Numbered from the stretch's first letter, positions 30,310 to 40,028 are shown. The stretch is DNA of 64,000 nucleotides from an uncultured delta proteobacterium (GCA_963848295.1 CAWKDB010000010.1:192001-256000), one strand, 5' to 3'. Numbers and translations are program-made. Notes: generated from the sequence alone by a model not told the origin.

Positions 30310-32141
30310 ACCGGATCCGCGAGCTACTCGCCGAGATCGCGACCGAGCCGCCGGCGCGGTGGGAGAGGCTCGTCAAGCAGCACTTCGCCGACGACGGCGT
30401 GCTCGCGGCTCAAGCGCTGCTCTGGCTGCGCGCCGACCTCGACAAGGTCGCCGACGATGCCGCCCCACCGGTGCTCGGCAGCGATCAGCGCTATGTCCTC
30501 GGCGCACGGCTCGACACCGGTGCGACCGCCGCGGTCTGGCAAGCGTACGACAAGAAGCTCGGGCGCCACGTCGCGGTCAAGCTGTTTCACAACGAGTCCG
30601 GCCCTGCGGTCGATGAGGCTCGCGCCGCATGCGACGTGATCAGCGATCACGTGATTCGCGTGCTCGACGTCCACGACTCCGAGCGACCCTACATCGTGAT
30701 GGAGCTCGTCGGCGAGCACGATCCGCAGCGCGGCGAGCTCGTCCCCGGTGTGTCGGCGGCGGTCGCGCGTCCGTTCGATATCGCGGAGGCTGTGCGCTGG
30801 GTGCGCGATGTCGCGCGCGGCGTCCACGACGCCCACCTTCGCGACGTGTTCCATCGCGATCTCAAACCGCACAACGTGCTGATCACACCCGTGTCGCGGC
30901 GCGCTCGGATCGGCGACTTCGGGCTCGCCGTCAGTGCGACCGAGGCTCCGCTCGCGCTGATGACCGGCGGGCCGAGCGGGCCGTTGCGCATCGCCGGTAC
31001 CCCGGCGTACATGGCGCCCGAACAGGCTCGCGGTTTGCCGACGACGCTCGATCCCGGTGACGCGACCGATCGCGCGCGGCTCGTCGCGATCGACGTATGG
31101 GGCCTCGGTGCGCTCGCGTGCGATCTGCTATGCGGCCATCCACCGTGGCGCGCACGTGGCGACGATTCGCTCGCGTGGGAGATCGCGGCGTCGGGCGCCC
31201 GGCCCGAGCTCGCGACGAGGACGCCGTGGGGCGAGCGGATTCCGCGCCGGCTCGCCCGCGTGATCGAGAGGGCGCTCGCCGACGATCCGGCCAAGCGTTA
31301 CCCGAGTGCCGCCGAGGTCGGTCGCGAGCTCGACGCGTTCCTCGCGCAGCGTCCGATGAGCCACGACCGATCGCGATTCGTGCGCGCGATGCTGTGGTGT
31401 CGGCGCAACCCGCAGCTGTCGTTCACCGCGGCGGCTGCGGCGGCACTCGCGATCGTGACGATGGCCGCCTACCTCACCGTGCGCGATCTGCGCGGGCAGC
31501 GGCGCGACCTCACGAGCGAGGTCGACGCGAAAGAGCTCGACAACGCGGCGCTCGCCGAACGTGGCAGCACGATGCGCGCCGAGCTCGCATCGGCAGATAC
31601 CCAACTTGCGGCGACCAAGGCGCAGATCGCGCGCGACGGCGATTCCCTCGGCAAGCTCGAGCGCGCGCTCGCGGACGCACAAACGACGTATCGCGGGGTG
31701 ATCGCAGCGCTCGATCAAAAACTGCATGACGCCGGGGCCGAAACCCGACAGCTCGTCGGTGACTTGACGATCGCGCGCAGCGCTCGCGCCGCCGCCGAGC
31801 TCGGCCGCAACATGTACGAAGGGTTCTGGACGACCGCTCGCGGCGATGCGGACCGCGCGGCGAAAGAGCGCGACCAGGCACAGAAAGAGCGCGATACCGC
31901 TCGCAGCGAGCGCGACCAGCTCGCGAAAGAACGCGACGCCGCCCGCGCCGATCGCGATAAGCTCGCCGACGCGAAGAGCCAAGCCGACGCCGACGTCGCG
32001 AGGCTCACCGCCGCTGCGGACGTCAGCGCGAAGCGGATCGCCGAGCTCGAGCGAGAGATCGCGCCGCTCCATGCCGGCAGCGCGACCGGCGGCGGCAGCG
32101 GCAGCGGCCAAGATCCGGCGGCCCCGCTCGCCGCCCCCTAG
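30306..32141 (+). CDS. Membrane Hanks-type Ser/Thr kinase with C-terminal coiled coil
   Basis: VAVK, HRDLKPHN, DFG, GTPAYMAPE, DVWGLG; one TM helix, then heptad repeats (ERDxAxx). Confidence 0.93.
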   Translation: MNRIRELLAEIATEPPARWERLVKQHFADDGVLAAQALLWLRADLDKVADDAAPPVLGSDQRYVLGARLDTGATAAVWQAYDKKLGRHVAVKLFHNESGPAVDEARAACDVISDHVIRVLDVHDSERPYIVMELVGEHDPQRGELVPGVSAAVARPFDIAEAVRWVRDVARGVHDAHLRDVFHRDLKPHNVLITPVSRRARIGDFGLAVSATEAPLALMTGGPSGPLRIAGTPAYMAPEQARGLPTTLDPGDATDRARLVAIDVWGLGALACDLLCGHPPWRARGDDSLAWEIAASGARPELATRTPWGERIPRRLARVIERALADDPAKRYPSAAEVGRELDAFLAQRPMSHDRSRFVRAMLWCRRNPQLSFTAAAAAALAIVTMAAYLTVRDLRGQRRDLTSEVDAKELDNAALAERGSTMRAELASADTQLAATKAQIARDGDSLGKLERALADAQTTYRGVIAALDQKLHDAGAETRQLVGDLTIARSARAAAELGRNMYEGFWTTARGDADRAAKERDQAQKERDTARSERDQLAKERDAARADRDKLADAKSQADADVARLTAAADVSAKRIAELEREIAPLHAGSATGGGSGSGQDPAAPLAAP

Positions 32142-32632
32142 TCTCGGTCGAGCTCTTCGATCAGCAGACCGACCAGTGACATCATCGCCGTGATGGCGGA
32201 GGGTTCGGCGCGGGCGAGCGCTCGGCGCGTCGACGCTTCGACCGTGCCGCGCCGTTCGCGGTCGATGTTCTTGCCGGCCACCGTGAGGTGAAAGCGAGCG
32301 CGCCGGCGATCGTCGACGTCGATGCTGCGCAGCAACAGGTCTCGCGCTTCGAGCCGCGCGAGCACGCCGCTGAGGGTGCTCGGATGCTTGCCGAGCGTCG
32401 AGGCGATCTCGCTCGCGGTCTGGCCCGGCTGCTGGCCGACGATGCGAAGCACCAGGCGCTGGGGACTCGTGACGCCGATATCGCGCGCCATCTTCTTGGA
32501 CTTCACATCGAGCGAGTGGACGAGGTCCCAGACGCGCTGCATGAACTGCAGCGTCTCGCCTGCGAACCGCGACCTGGGCGCCGACGAATGGGGCATTTTG
32601 GGCAGACTAGGCAGCTCGCGCGACGAGGTCAA
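32138..32632 (-). CDS. MarR family transcriptional regulator
   Basis: GVTSPQRLVL, STLSGVLARLE, DRRR...LTVAG; start uncertain. Confidence 0.88.
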   Translation of the reverse strand: MTSSRELPSLPKMPHSSAPRSRFAGETLQFMQRVWDLVHSLDVKSKKMARDIGVTSPQRLVLRIVGQQPGQTASEIASTLGKHPSTLSGVLARLEARDLLLRSIDVDDRRRARFHLTVAGKNIDRERRGTVEASTRRALARAEPSAITAMMSLVGLLIEELDRD

Positions 32633-35379
32633 CGCTTCTTTCGCCTCGGCTTCGGCTTCGGCTTCGGCTTCGGCTTCGGTTTCGGTTTCGGTTTCGGTTT
32701 CGGTTTCGGTTTCGGTTTCGGTTTCGGTTTCGGTTTCGGTCTCGGTCTCGGTTTCGGTTTCGGTTTCGGTTTCGGTTTCGGTTTCGGTTTCGGTTTCGGT
32801 CTCGGTCTCGGTTTCGGTTTCGGTTTCGGTTTCGGTTTCGGTTTCGGTTTCGGTTTCGGTTTCGGTTTCGGTTTCGGTTTCGGTTTCGGTTTCGGTTTCG
32901 GTTCCGGTCTCGATTCGGTCATCTCCGGCCGCTCACCGATCGCGACGACGCCGATCACGCGCTGGACCGCCGCGGCGATCTCATCGGATTCGAGCGGGTT
33001 GATCCACGGCTGGCCCTTCGCATGCGCGTCGGGTTCGATCGGCCGCTCGGAGATCCAGGCTGCCGCCTCGTGCGCCCGCCGCACCAGGTCGACGTCACCT
33101 GCCTCGAGCGCCGCGACTTGGCCGACGACGAGCGCGTAGTGCAAGAACCCGCGCGCGATCGCGGTGTCGCCCTGCCATTCGAGCACGAGCCGAGTGAGCT
33201 CGAGCAGCGCGCCGGCCCCTGGCCCGGCGACGAACGCGACGAGCGTATAGGCATACGCGCCCGCGGCGCGGGCATCGCGGCGTTCGGCGAGCAGCCCCAT
33301 GATCTGCGCGTGCAGCGCCGGGCTCCAGATCCGGCCGACCGCGTTGCCCATCCGCCAATACGCGCGACGCTCCGCGAACAATCGCTCGACGAGTGCGGCG
33401 CGCGAGATCGAGGTGTCGATCTCGGCTACCGCCGCGTACAGGTTCGCGACGACATCCTCGAGCTGATCGTCGAACGACTTGCCGTAGTCGAACGTCGGGC
33501 CCGGCTCCTTCTGCGCGGCGTAGCGCACGCCGTATTCGGTCAACGCATCGATCAGGAAGTCGGCGGCGCCCGGATGTGCGAAGCCGAACAGGTGATGGCC
33601 GGCGGACCCGCGCGCTTGCATCCGCGGATGGTGCAGCACGGTCGAGATCATCGCGCGCGCGGCGCGAATCGCCTGCGCGGCGTCGAGGCGCGGCACGACG
33701 CACAGGTTCGCGTCGAATGGATCGAAGAGCGTGTCGAACAACGCGCTGATGCACGTGCTGCCCGCGGTGCGCTCGACGAGATCCATCGCGCGCGCGAACA
33801 CGGCCGGCGCGGGCAGCCACGGGGCGAGCGCGGCCCACAGCGCCTTCTTCGCGAACCCGAGGTCGTGCAGGCCCGCGGTCGTCGCCGGCTCCGGGCCATC
33901 GACCGCCGCGAGCACGACGCCGATCAGCGGATGGTCTGCCCGATCGATCTGCGCCGCGATCACCGGCCCGAGCGCCTCGAGCGTCGGCAGATCGAGCATC
34001 ACCGCGGTGTGCGAGACCAGCTCGACATCGCCGACCTCGCTCGCCGCCCACGCGATCAGCTCGGGCGTCGGCTTGTTGAGTGCGACGCGCTGCAAGACTC
34101 GGCGCGCGAGCGCCGGCCGGGTCGCAGCGTCGAGAGCTCCGATCGCACCGGAGATCTCCGCCGGCTTTTCGATCAACCGCTGGAACGGCGCGATCAGCGC
34201 ATCGGCGACCGCGATGTCGGCCTCGATGGCATCGACCGGCAGCCCGGCGATCTGCGCCGCTCGCATCGCCATCTGCAGGCCCCGCCGGTTGTAGCGGTCG
34301 GCCGCGACCAGCGCTCGCGTCGCATTGACCAGCGCCTTGGTGTCATAGGCGAGCTCGTGGACGAGCCACAGCGCCTCGAGCCCGAGCCACCAGGGCTCGT
34401 CGGACATCGGCACCGCGATCGCGAGCGCATCGGCGTGGCCGCTGGCGGTGGCGCCAGCGCGGCGATCGAGCACGGCGCGCACGAGCTCGGTGCCCGGAGT
34501 GACGTCGGGGATGCGATCGAGCGCGGCCTCGACCAGCGCGGCATCGAGTCCGCCGGTCGTCACCGCTCCGACGACCGACAGCGCGTGGGTCAGTGACTTC
34601 GTGCTCGGCGAGATCTCGAGCGCGCGCAGGCACGCACGGGCGACGTCATCGCCATCGAGCGCGAACGCACCATAGGCGACCGCATGGGCACGCCGCGCGC
34701 GAAACTCCGGGACCACCGCGACGTCGGCGGCGAGCGCGAGCGGACCGAACCGCGCGACGAACGCGCGCACGAGCTCGGCCGAGCGGCCGCCGATCGCCGC
34801 GACCACCGCCGAGCGCAGGCCATCGTCGACCAGCGCGGTGGCGTGGAGCAGCCAATAGATCGCGAGGTGTGGGTCGCCTGGCAGGCTCGGAACTTCGGCG
34901 GCAAACGCCGCATCGCACGCCGCGCGCGTCGGCCACGTGACGCGGAACAGCCCGATCGCCTTGCGCACGAGGTCCTCGGCCGACAACACCGGCGCCCCGC
35001 CGTGGAGCTGCGGCTGCGCGAACCACCAGACCAGCCACTGGTAGCGCTTCGCGAGCGCCGCGGTCGTCGGCGCGCGGACGCGGCCGCCGTCACCATCGCC
35101 CCGTTGGCGGACCGCTCGCAGCTGATGGTCCTGGAAGTATGTGCCGCGATCGCCGCGCAGATCGTAGAGCGTGAAGTCGTCGTTCGTATCGTCGAGCACG
35201 ACGAAGCCGGACAGCGTCTTGTCGATCGCGCCGAAGTACGCGTAGTTCGCGCGCAGGTGCGCCGACACCAGATCGGGGTCCTCGCGGCGGGTCAGCTGCT
35301 CGTCGCAGCGCGCCGCGAGCTCGCGCGTCACCGGCATGCCGTAGAACCGGGTGGCCCACGCGGGGTCCAGGCTCGCCAT
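32629..35379 (-). CDS. Large alpha-helical hypothetical protein with C-terminal (Pro-Lys)n tail
   Basis: 916-aa ORF with coding-like composition, ending ...(PK)n PRRKKR. Confidence 0.75.
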   Translation of the reverse strand: MASLDPAWATRFYGMPVTRELAARCDEQLTRREDPDLVSAHLRANYAYFGAIDKTLSGFVVLDDTNDDFTLYDLRGDRGTYFQDHQLRAVRQRGDGDGGRVRAPTTAALAKRYQWLVWWFAQPQLHGGAPVLSAEDLVRKAIGLFRVTWPTRAACDAAFAAEVPSLPGDPHLAIYWLLHATALVDDGLRSAVVAAIGGRSAELVRAFVARFGPLALAADVAVVPEFRARRAHAVAYGAFALDGDDVARACLRALEISPSTKSLTHALSVVGAVTTGGLDAALVEAALDRIPDVTPGTELVRAVLDRRAGATASGHADALAIAVPMSDEPWWLGLEALWLVHELAYDTKALVNATRALVAADRYNRRGLQMAMRAAQIAGLPVDAIEADIAVADALIAPFQRLIEKPAEISGAIGALDAATRPALARRVLQRVALNKPTPELIAWAASEVGDVELVSHTAVMLDLPTLEALGPVIAAQIDRADHPLIGVVLAAVDGPEPATTAGLHDLGFAKKALWAALAPWLPAPAVFARAMDLVERTAGSTCISALFDTLFDPFDANLCVVPRLDAAQAIRAARAMISTVLHHPRMQARGSAGHHLFGFAHPGAADFLIDALTEYGVRYAAQKEPGPTFDYGKSFDDQLEDVVANLYAAVAEIDTSISRAALVERLFAERRAYWRMGNAVGRIWSPALHAQIMGLLAERRDARAAGAYAYTLVAFVAGPGAGALLELTRLVLEWQGDTAIARGFLHYALVVGQVAALEAGDVDLVRRAHEAAAWISERPIEPDAHAKGQPWINPLESDEIAAAVQRVIGVVAIGERPEMTESRPEPKPKPKPKPKPKPKPKPKPKPKPKPKPKPKPRPRPKPKPKPKPKPKPKPKPRPRPKPKPKPKPKPKPKPKPKPKPKPKPKPKPKPRRKKR
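32645..32902. repeat. Hexanucleotide tandem repeat (TTCGGT/TTCGGC/CTCGGT), about 43 units
   Basis: Read directly; 32701-32760 and 32761-32820 are identical 60-mers. Confidence 0.97.
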
Positions 35380-35405
35380 TGCAACGATGGCGTATCACAG
35401 AGCGA

Positions 35406-36050
35406 TCACGCGTGCGCGATCATCGGCGTCGTCGGACCGGGGAGATCGACATGGTCGACCAGCCAGCGCGCGACCGCTTCGCGAGCCACGGTCGCGGTGA
35501 GGGCGAAACGCTCGACCTCGCGGACCGGACGAGCGCGACCCGGGGTGAGCGTCACCGGGCGCACCGCGGTCCACTCGAGCGCGCTCGCCGCGAGGATCGC
35601 CTCGGCGACCGCGAGATCGCGATACGCGACCCCGATCTTGCTGTGACCGACCAGCCAGCGCATCGGCCAGCTCATCCGCGGTGCGCTATCCGCGACGCCC
35701 GCAGCGCTGATCGCGAGCACGCGGCGGACCCCGCCCGGCGCAGCGCCGTCGACGATCGCCTGCGCGGTGCGCGCGACCAGATCGGGCGGCGACAACAGCC
35801 TCGACCACGGGTTGCGCGGCCGGCGTCGGCGGATCCCGACGCACGAGATCACGACCTCGCGACCTCGCATCGCGTCGGCGATCGCCCCGGCGCGCAGCAG
35901 CTCGTCGCGGATCACCGTCGCACCCGCCGGCGCGTCATAAGGCGCCGCGGGCCTGACCAGCGCGGCCACGTCGTGGCCGGCTGCGAGCGCGATCCGCACG
36001 ACGTGGACACCGCAGCCGCCGGACGCGCCGAGCACCAAGATGCGAGCCAC
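35406..36050 (-). CDS. NAD(P)-binding Rossmann oxidoreductase (BVR-B/flavin reductase-like)
   Basis: LGASGGCG, LEWTAVRP. Confidence 0.85.
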   Translation of the reverse strand: MARILVLGASGGCGVHVVRIALAAGHDVAALVRPAAPYDAPAGATVIRDELLRAGAIADAMRGREVVISCVGIRRRRPRNPWSRLLSPPDLVARTAQAIVDGAAPGGVRRVLAISAAGVADSAPRMSWPMRWLVGHSKIGVAYRDLAVAEAILAASALEWTAVRPVTLTPGRARPVREVERFALTATVAREAVARWLVDHVDLPGPTTPMIAHA

Positions 36051-36101
36051 GGCACTACGATGCGACCGCTCGCCGGCGCGATGTGCGGCGCGTCGTCGCA
36101 G

Positions 36102-37913
36102 CTACCAGCAGTCGTCGGCGACGGTCATCAAGTCCAGCTCGCTCGCCTCGATCAACCTGCGCGCATGCGCGATGCCCGGCAGGATCTCGCGCGCGTAGAA
36201 CCGCGCCGCGGCGAGCTTGCCGCGATAGAATGCGCGGTCCGCTTCCGAGGCACTCGGCAGCTTGTCGTGCGCGACCTTCGCCGACACCGCGAGCCGCCAG
36301 CCGATCACGAGCTCGCCGAGCGCGGCGAGGATGCGATTGCCCTGCAACCCGACGTGATAGACGCTCGCCGCGACCTTGCCCATCATCGCGCCGAAGATCG
36401 CCTGGACGTCGCCGAGCGCGGCGCCGAGCGCGGCCTTCTCGACCGCGAGCTCGGCCGGCAGCCCCGCCGCGGTCTTGCCGATCTCGCCGAGCAGCGCGGT
36501 CAGCGTCGCACCGCGATCGCGCGCGACCTTGCGAAAGAACAAGTCGAGCGCCTGGATGTGGGTCGTGCCCTCGTAGAGCGAATCGATCTTCTGGTCGCGG
36601 ATGTACTGCTCGATCGGATAGTCCTGGCAGTAGCCCGAGCCGCCGAAGCACTGCAGCGACAGGGCGAGCAGCTCGTAGACCTTCTCGGATCCGTAGCCCT
36701 TGATGATCGGCAGCAGCAGGTCGTTGAGCTGCGCGAGCGGTCGCGCCTCGGCGCTGGCGTGGCCGCCCCGGAGGTCGATCTGATCTTGCACGTGCGCGGT
36801 CCACAGCACCATCGCGCGCAAGCCTTCGGCGAACGCCTTCTGCAGCATCAGCATGCGGCGAACGTCGGGATGGCGAATGATCTCGACGCGCGGCGCGGCC
36901 TTGTCGGCGGCTTGCGCGAGGTCGGCGCCCTGCTTGCGCACGCGGGTGTAGTCGAGCGCGTTGCCGTACGCGGTCGACAGCGTCGCCATCGACTTCGTGC
37001 CGACCGCCATCCGCGCGTACTCGATGACGTGGAACATCTGCGCGATACCGTCGTGGACCTCGCCGAGCAATAGGCCGCGGCATGGCACCGCCGCGTCTGC
37101 GCCGAGCGTCAGCTCGCAGGTCGCGGAGCCGCGGATGCCCATCTTGTGCTCGACGTTCGTGACGACCGCGCCGTTGCGCGCGCCGAGCGTGCCGTCGGCC
37201 TCGACCCAATACTTCGGGACGATGAACATCGACAGGCCCTTGGTGCCGGGGCCCGCGCCTTCCGGTCGCGCGAGCACCATGTGAACGATGTTGTTCGGGT
37301 GATCGAAGTCGCCGTTCGTGATGAACCGCTTGACCCCCTCGAGGTGATATTCGTCGCCCGCGACGTGGCGCGCTCGCGTCGTGCCCGCGCCGACATCCGA
37401 GCCCGCGCCGGGCTCGGTCAACACCATCGTCGCGCCCCAGTAGTGCGCGATCATGTTTTGCACGTAGCGCTTGCGCTGCGCGTCGGTGCCGAGCGACTGG
37501 ACGATCGTCGCCATGAACGTGCCGAGCGTGTAGAACGTGACGGCGGGGTTCGAGCCGGCGAGCAGCTCGAACGAGGCCCAGCGCAGCGACGGTGGCGCGC
37601 CGAACCCGCCGAGCGACTCCGGCAGCTCGATCTTGTTCCACCCGCCTTCGTAGTAAGCGTCGAGCGCGCGCAACATGCCCTTCGGCAGCGTGACGTTGCC
37701 CTTGCCGTCGAAGTGCGCGCCTTCGCGATCGGCGTCGGCGAACGCCGGCGACCACGTCGCCTGCACGACCTCGAGTAGGCCTTCGAGCGACGCGCGAGCG
37801 GTTGCCTCGTCCATCGAGTCGAACGGCGCCTTGCCGAGCACCGACGCTTGCACGTCGAGCACTTCGAACAGGTTGAAGAACGTGTCGCGGAGGTTCGGCC
37901 GGAAGTGCGTCAC
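36102..37913 (-). CDS. Acyl-CoA dehydrogenase (FadE5-like long type)
   Basis: MVLTEPGAGSDVG, KRFITNG, EHKMGIRGSATC, GGSGY, RDQKIDSLYEGT. Confidence 0.93.
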   Translation of the reverse strand: MTHFRPNLRDTFFNLFEVLDVQASVLGKAPFDSMDEATARASLEGLLEVVQATWSPAFADADREGAHFDGKGNVTLPKGMLRALDAYYEGGWNKIELPESLGGFGAPPSLRWASFELLAGSNPAVTFYTLGTFMATIVQSLGTDAQRKRYVQNMIAHYWGATMVLTEPGAGSDVGAGTTRARHVAGDEYHLEGVKRFITNGDFDHPNNIVHMVLARPEGAGPGTKGLSMFIVPKYWVEADGTLGARNGAVVTNVEHKMGIRGSATCELTLGADAAVPCRGLLLGEVHDGIAQMFHVIEYARMAVGTKSMATLSTAYGNALDYTRVRKQGADLAQAADKAAPRVEIIRHPDVRRMLMLQKAFAEGLRAMVLWTAHVQDQIDLRGGHASAEARPLAQLNDLLLPIIKGYGSEKVYELLALSLQCFGGSGYCQDYPIEQYIRDQKIDSLYEGTTHIQALDLFFRKVARDRGATLTALLGEIGKTAAGLPAELAVEKAALGAALGDVQAIFGAMMGKVAASVYHVGLQGNRILAALGELVIGWRLAVSAKVAHDKLPSASEADRAFYRGKLAAARFYAREILPGIAHARRLIEASELDLMTVADDCW

Positions 37914-37932
37914 CGGCGCAGCATACAGGTAA

Positions 37933-38415
37933 CTACGCGGCGAGCTCTTTGCTCATCTCGACGAAGTGACACGGCTGCTTGACCTTGCGATCGACGTACG
38001 GCGCGGTGCCGACCTCGCGATAGCCGAGCGCGCGATACCACCGCGCGAGCTGGTCGCGCAGGTTGACGACGCGGAGATGGACCGAGCTGCAGCCGACCGC
38101 CTCCGACATCGCCTCGGCGATCCGCACCAACCGCGTGCCGAGGCCGCGGCCCTGGAAATCGGGCGACACCGAGACCATGCCGATGTGCGCAGCGCCGGCT
38201 TTGACCTCGACGTGGACCGCGGCGGCGAATCCGCCCTCGCGTTCGAGCACGAGGAAGGCGCCGCGCTCGACCAGCGCCGCGACCTCCTGGGCATCGGTGC
38301 GGGCGCCATCGACGAAGAACGCCTCCACCGCATAAGCGGCGTTCACGAGCTCTGCGAGCTTTGCCGCATCTTTTGTGGTGGCACGGCGAACCGAAATCGC
38401 GAGGTCATGGGTCAC
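37933..38415 (-). CDS. GNAT family N-acetyltransferase
   Basis: VSPDFQGRGLGTRL, WYRALGY. Confidence 0.9.
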   Translation of the reverse strand: MTHDLAISVRRATTKDAAKLAELVNAAYAVEAFFVDGARTDAQEVAALVERGAFLVLEREGGFAAAVHVEVKAGAAHIGMVSVSPDFQGRGLGTRLVRIAEAMSEAVGCSSVHLRVVNLRDQLARWYRALGYREVGTAPYVDRKVKQPCHFVEMSKELAA

Positions 38416-38467
38416 AGACGACAGGTAGCAGGTGCCTCCGACAGTTCATTCGCCAGACCGGATGCCT

Positions 38468-38638
38468 GGGCCCCGTAAACCGGCCCCTCGGCCTAGGGAT
38501 TCGGCCGTCCTTCGCTTCGCGGCGGACAGCCGAGCGATCGATCGGCCTCGGGGCCCCGTAAACGGGGGCCCCTCGGCCTAGGGATTCGGCCGTCCTTCGC
38601 TTCGCGGCGGACAGCCGAGCGATCGATCGGCCTCGGGG
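38468..38638. repeat. Two tandem copies of an 83-85 bp palindromic (REP/MITE-like) element
   Basis: GGGCCCCGTAAAC...GGCCCCTCGGCCTAGGGATTCGGCCGTCCTTCGCTTCGCGGCGGACAGCCGAGCGATCGATCGGCCTCG starting at 38468 and 38551. Confidence 0.92.
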
Positions 38639-38924
38639 CTGAAATAGCCGTTGTCGCACCCCGGTTCTTGTGTTGTAAGTGTCCCGCAAACGTCACGTAG
38701 CCGCCCTGGGATCGCCGCGCCGCCCCGTCATGCTTGCTCGCGTAATCACCTGAGGAATTCATGTTGAGCTTGGCCGATAGGATGGTGAAGGCGGTTTCGA
38801 ATGCGACGGTCGGCACCGTGATCGTGTTGTTCCATGTTGCCCTGGCCGATCGCGCGCGTAGGCCTCGCCGTCTCCCCTTGTAAGGTCGCCGAAATCTTCG
38901 CGCGGTCTCGCGCGTTGAATCAGG

Positions 38925-40028
38925 ATGCGTTACGTCGCGCTCGCGCTGTGCGCGTGCTCGTCCGCCACAGGCGCGCCGCCCGCGACGGGTCGCGCCGAGC
39001 CAGTGTCGCGAGTCGCGCCGGTGTCGGTTTCCCCGCCCGCTCCGATCGGGAACCCGGCGGTCGTGACCGCGATCACCGCGGTCCGGATCGCCGCCGCGGT
39101 CGACCACGGCGCCGCGACGGATCGCCCCACCTACGCGCGGGCCGACCAGCGCGTGACGCTCTACGCGGTGCTCGAGGTCGGCCACACGGTATTCAGCGAT
39201 GCCCCCGCGCTCGTGCTCGACGGCCACAAAGTGACCTCCCGCCCGCTGTCCGCGGCACCGGCCGCGACGCTCGCCTGGCAACGCGTCGAGCCTGCCGCAG
39301 CGAGCTATTCGAACACCGACGAGCACGACGCGAACTTCCACTACGAGCCGATCGAGTATCGAGCGACGCCGATCGCGAACGCCGCCGCCGGCTCGCTCGC
39401 AGCCGATGTCCGACCGACGCTGACCCCCGATCACGGCGATGGCGTCGGCACGATGCGCTACCAGCTGGTCGCGCAGCAACGCGATCACACGACCGCGAGC
39501 GCCGGCCCCGAAGCGCGCCGCGGCCGAGGCTCGGGCGGCCTGACCGACGCGGTGATGCGCGTGTCGATCCGCCGCGACGACACCTATCTCGGCTACCTCA
39601 CCGAGATGTTTGGCCAGCCCTACGTCTGGGCCTCGGCAGGCGCCAGCGACGCGACCCACCAGAGCGAGCGACTCGAGGGCGCCGATTGCGCCGACTTCGT
39701 GGTCTATGGCGCGCGCCGCGCCGGCAAGCACATCGCGTACACCTGGACGGGCGGCCTGCCCGCGGTCACGTCATTGCTCGCGGCGGGCACGCGAGGCGAC
39801 GATGGGGTGTATCGCGATGCCCACGGCCGCCCCGTGAGGTTCCCGCGGGTCGGCGATCTCGTCCTGTTCCCACGCCATGTCGGGGCGCTCGTCGAAGATC
39901 GCGGCGTGATCGGCGTGCTCGATGATCAGGACTTGATGATGCACGCGCTCTTCGATACCCCGAAGGTCGTGCCGATCGCCGAGTCGGGCTACGCCGACAA
40001 GCCGGTCGAGCTGCGCCGGTTTCGCTAG
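38925..40028 (+). CDS. Lipoprotein with C-terminal NlpC/P60-like cysteine peptidase domain
   Basis: LCAC lipobox; GQPYVW, GADCADFV, GDLVLF, HVG. Confidence 0.7.
   Translation: MRYVALALCACSSATGAPPATGRAEPVSRVAPVSVSPPAPIGNPAVVTAITAVRIAAAVDHGAATDRPTYARADQRVTLYAVLEVGHTVFSDAPALVLDGHKVTSRPLSAAPAATLAWQRVEPAAASYSNTDEHDANFHYEPIEYRATPIANAAAGSLAADVRPTLTPDHGDGVGTMRYQLVAQQRDHTTASAGPEARRGRGSGGLTDAVMRVSIRRDDTYLGYLTEMFGQPYVWASAGASDATHQSERLEGADCADFVVYGARRAGKHIAYTWTGGLPAVTSLLAAGTRGDDGVYRDAHGRPVRFPRVGDLVLFPRHVGALVEDRGVIGVLDDQDLMMHALFDTPKVVPIAESGYADKPVELRRFR

Noticed and set aside
32288..33139. (FG)n and (SV)n repeat ORFs on the plus strand
   Set aside because: Alternative readings of the hexamer microsatellite; the minus-strand (PK)n frame belongs to a real long ORF
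38468..38638. CRISPR array or Pxr-like sRNA duplication upstream of a GNAT gene
   Set aside because: Only two units, no unique spacers and no cas genes; no resemblance to Pxr that I can support and no U-rich terminator
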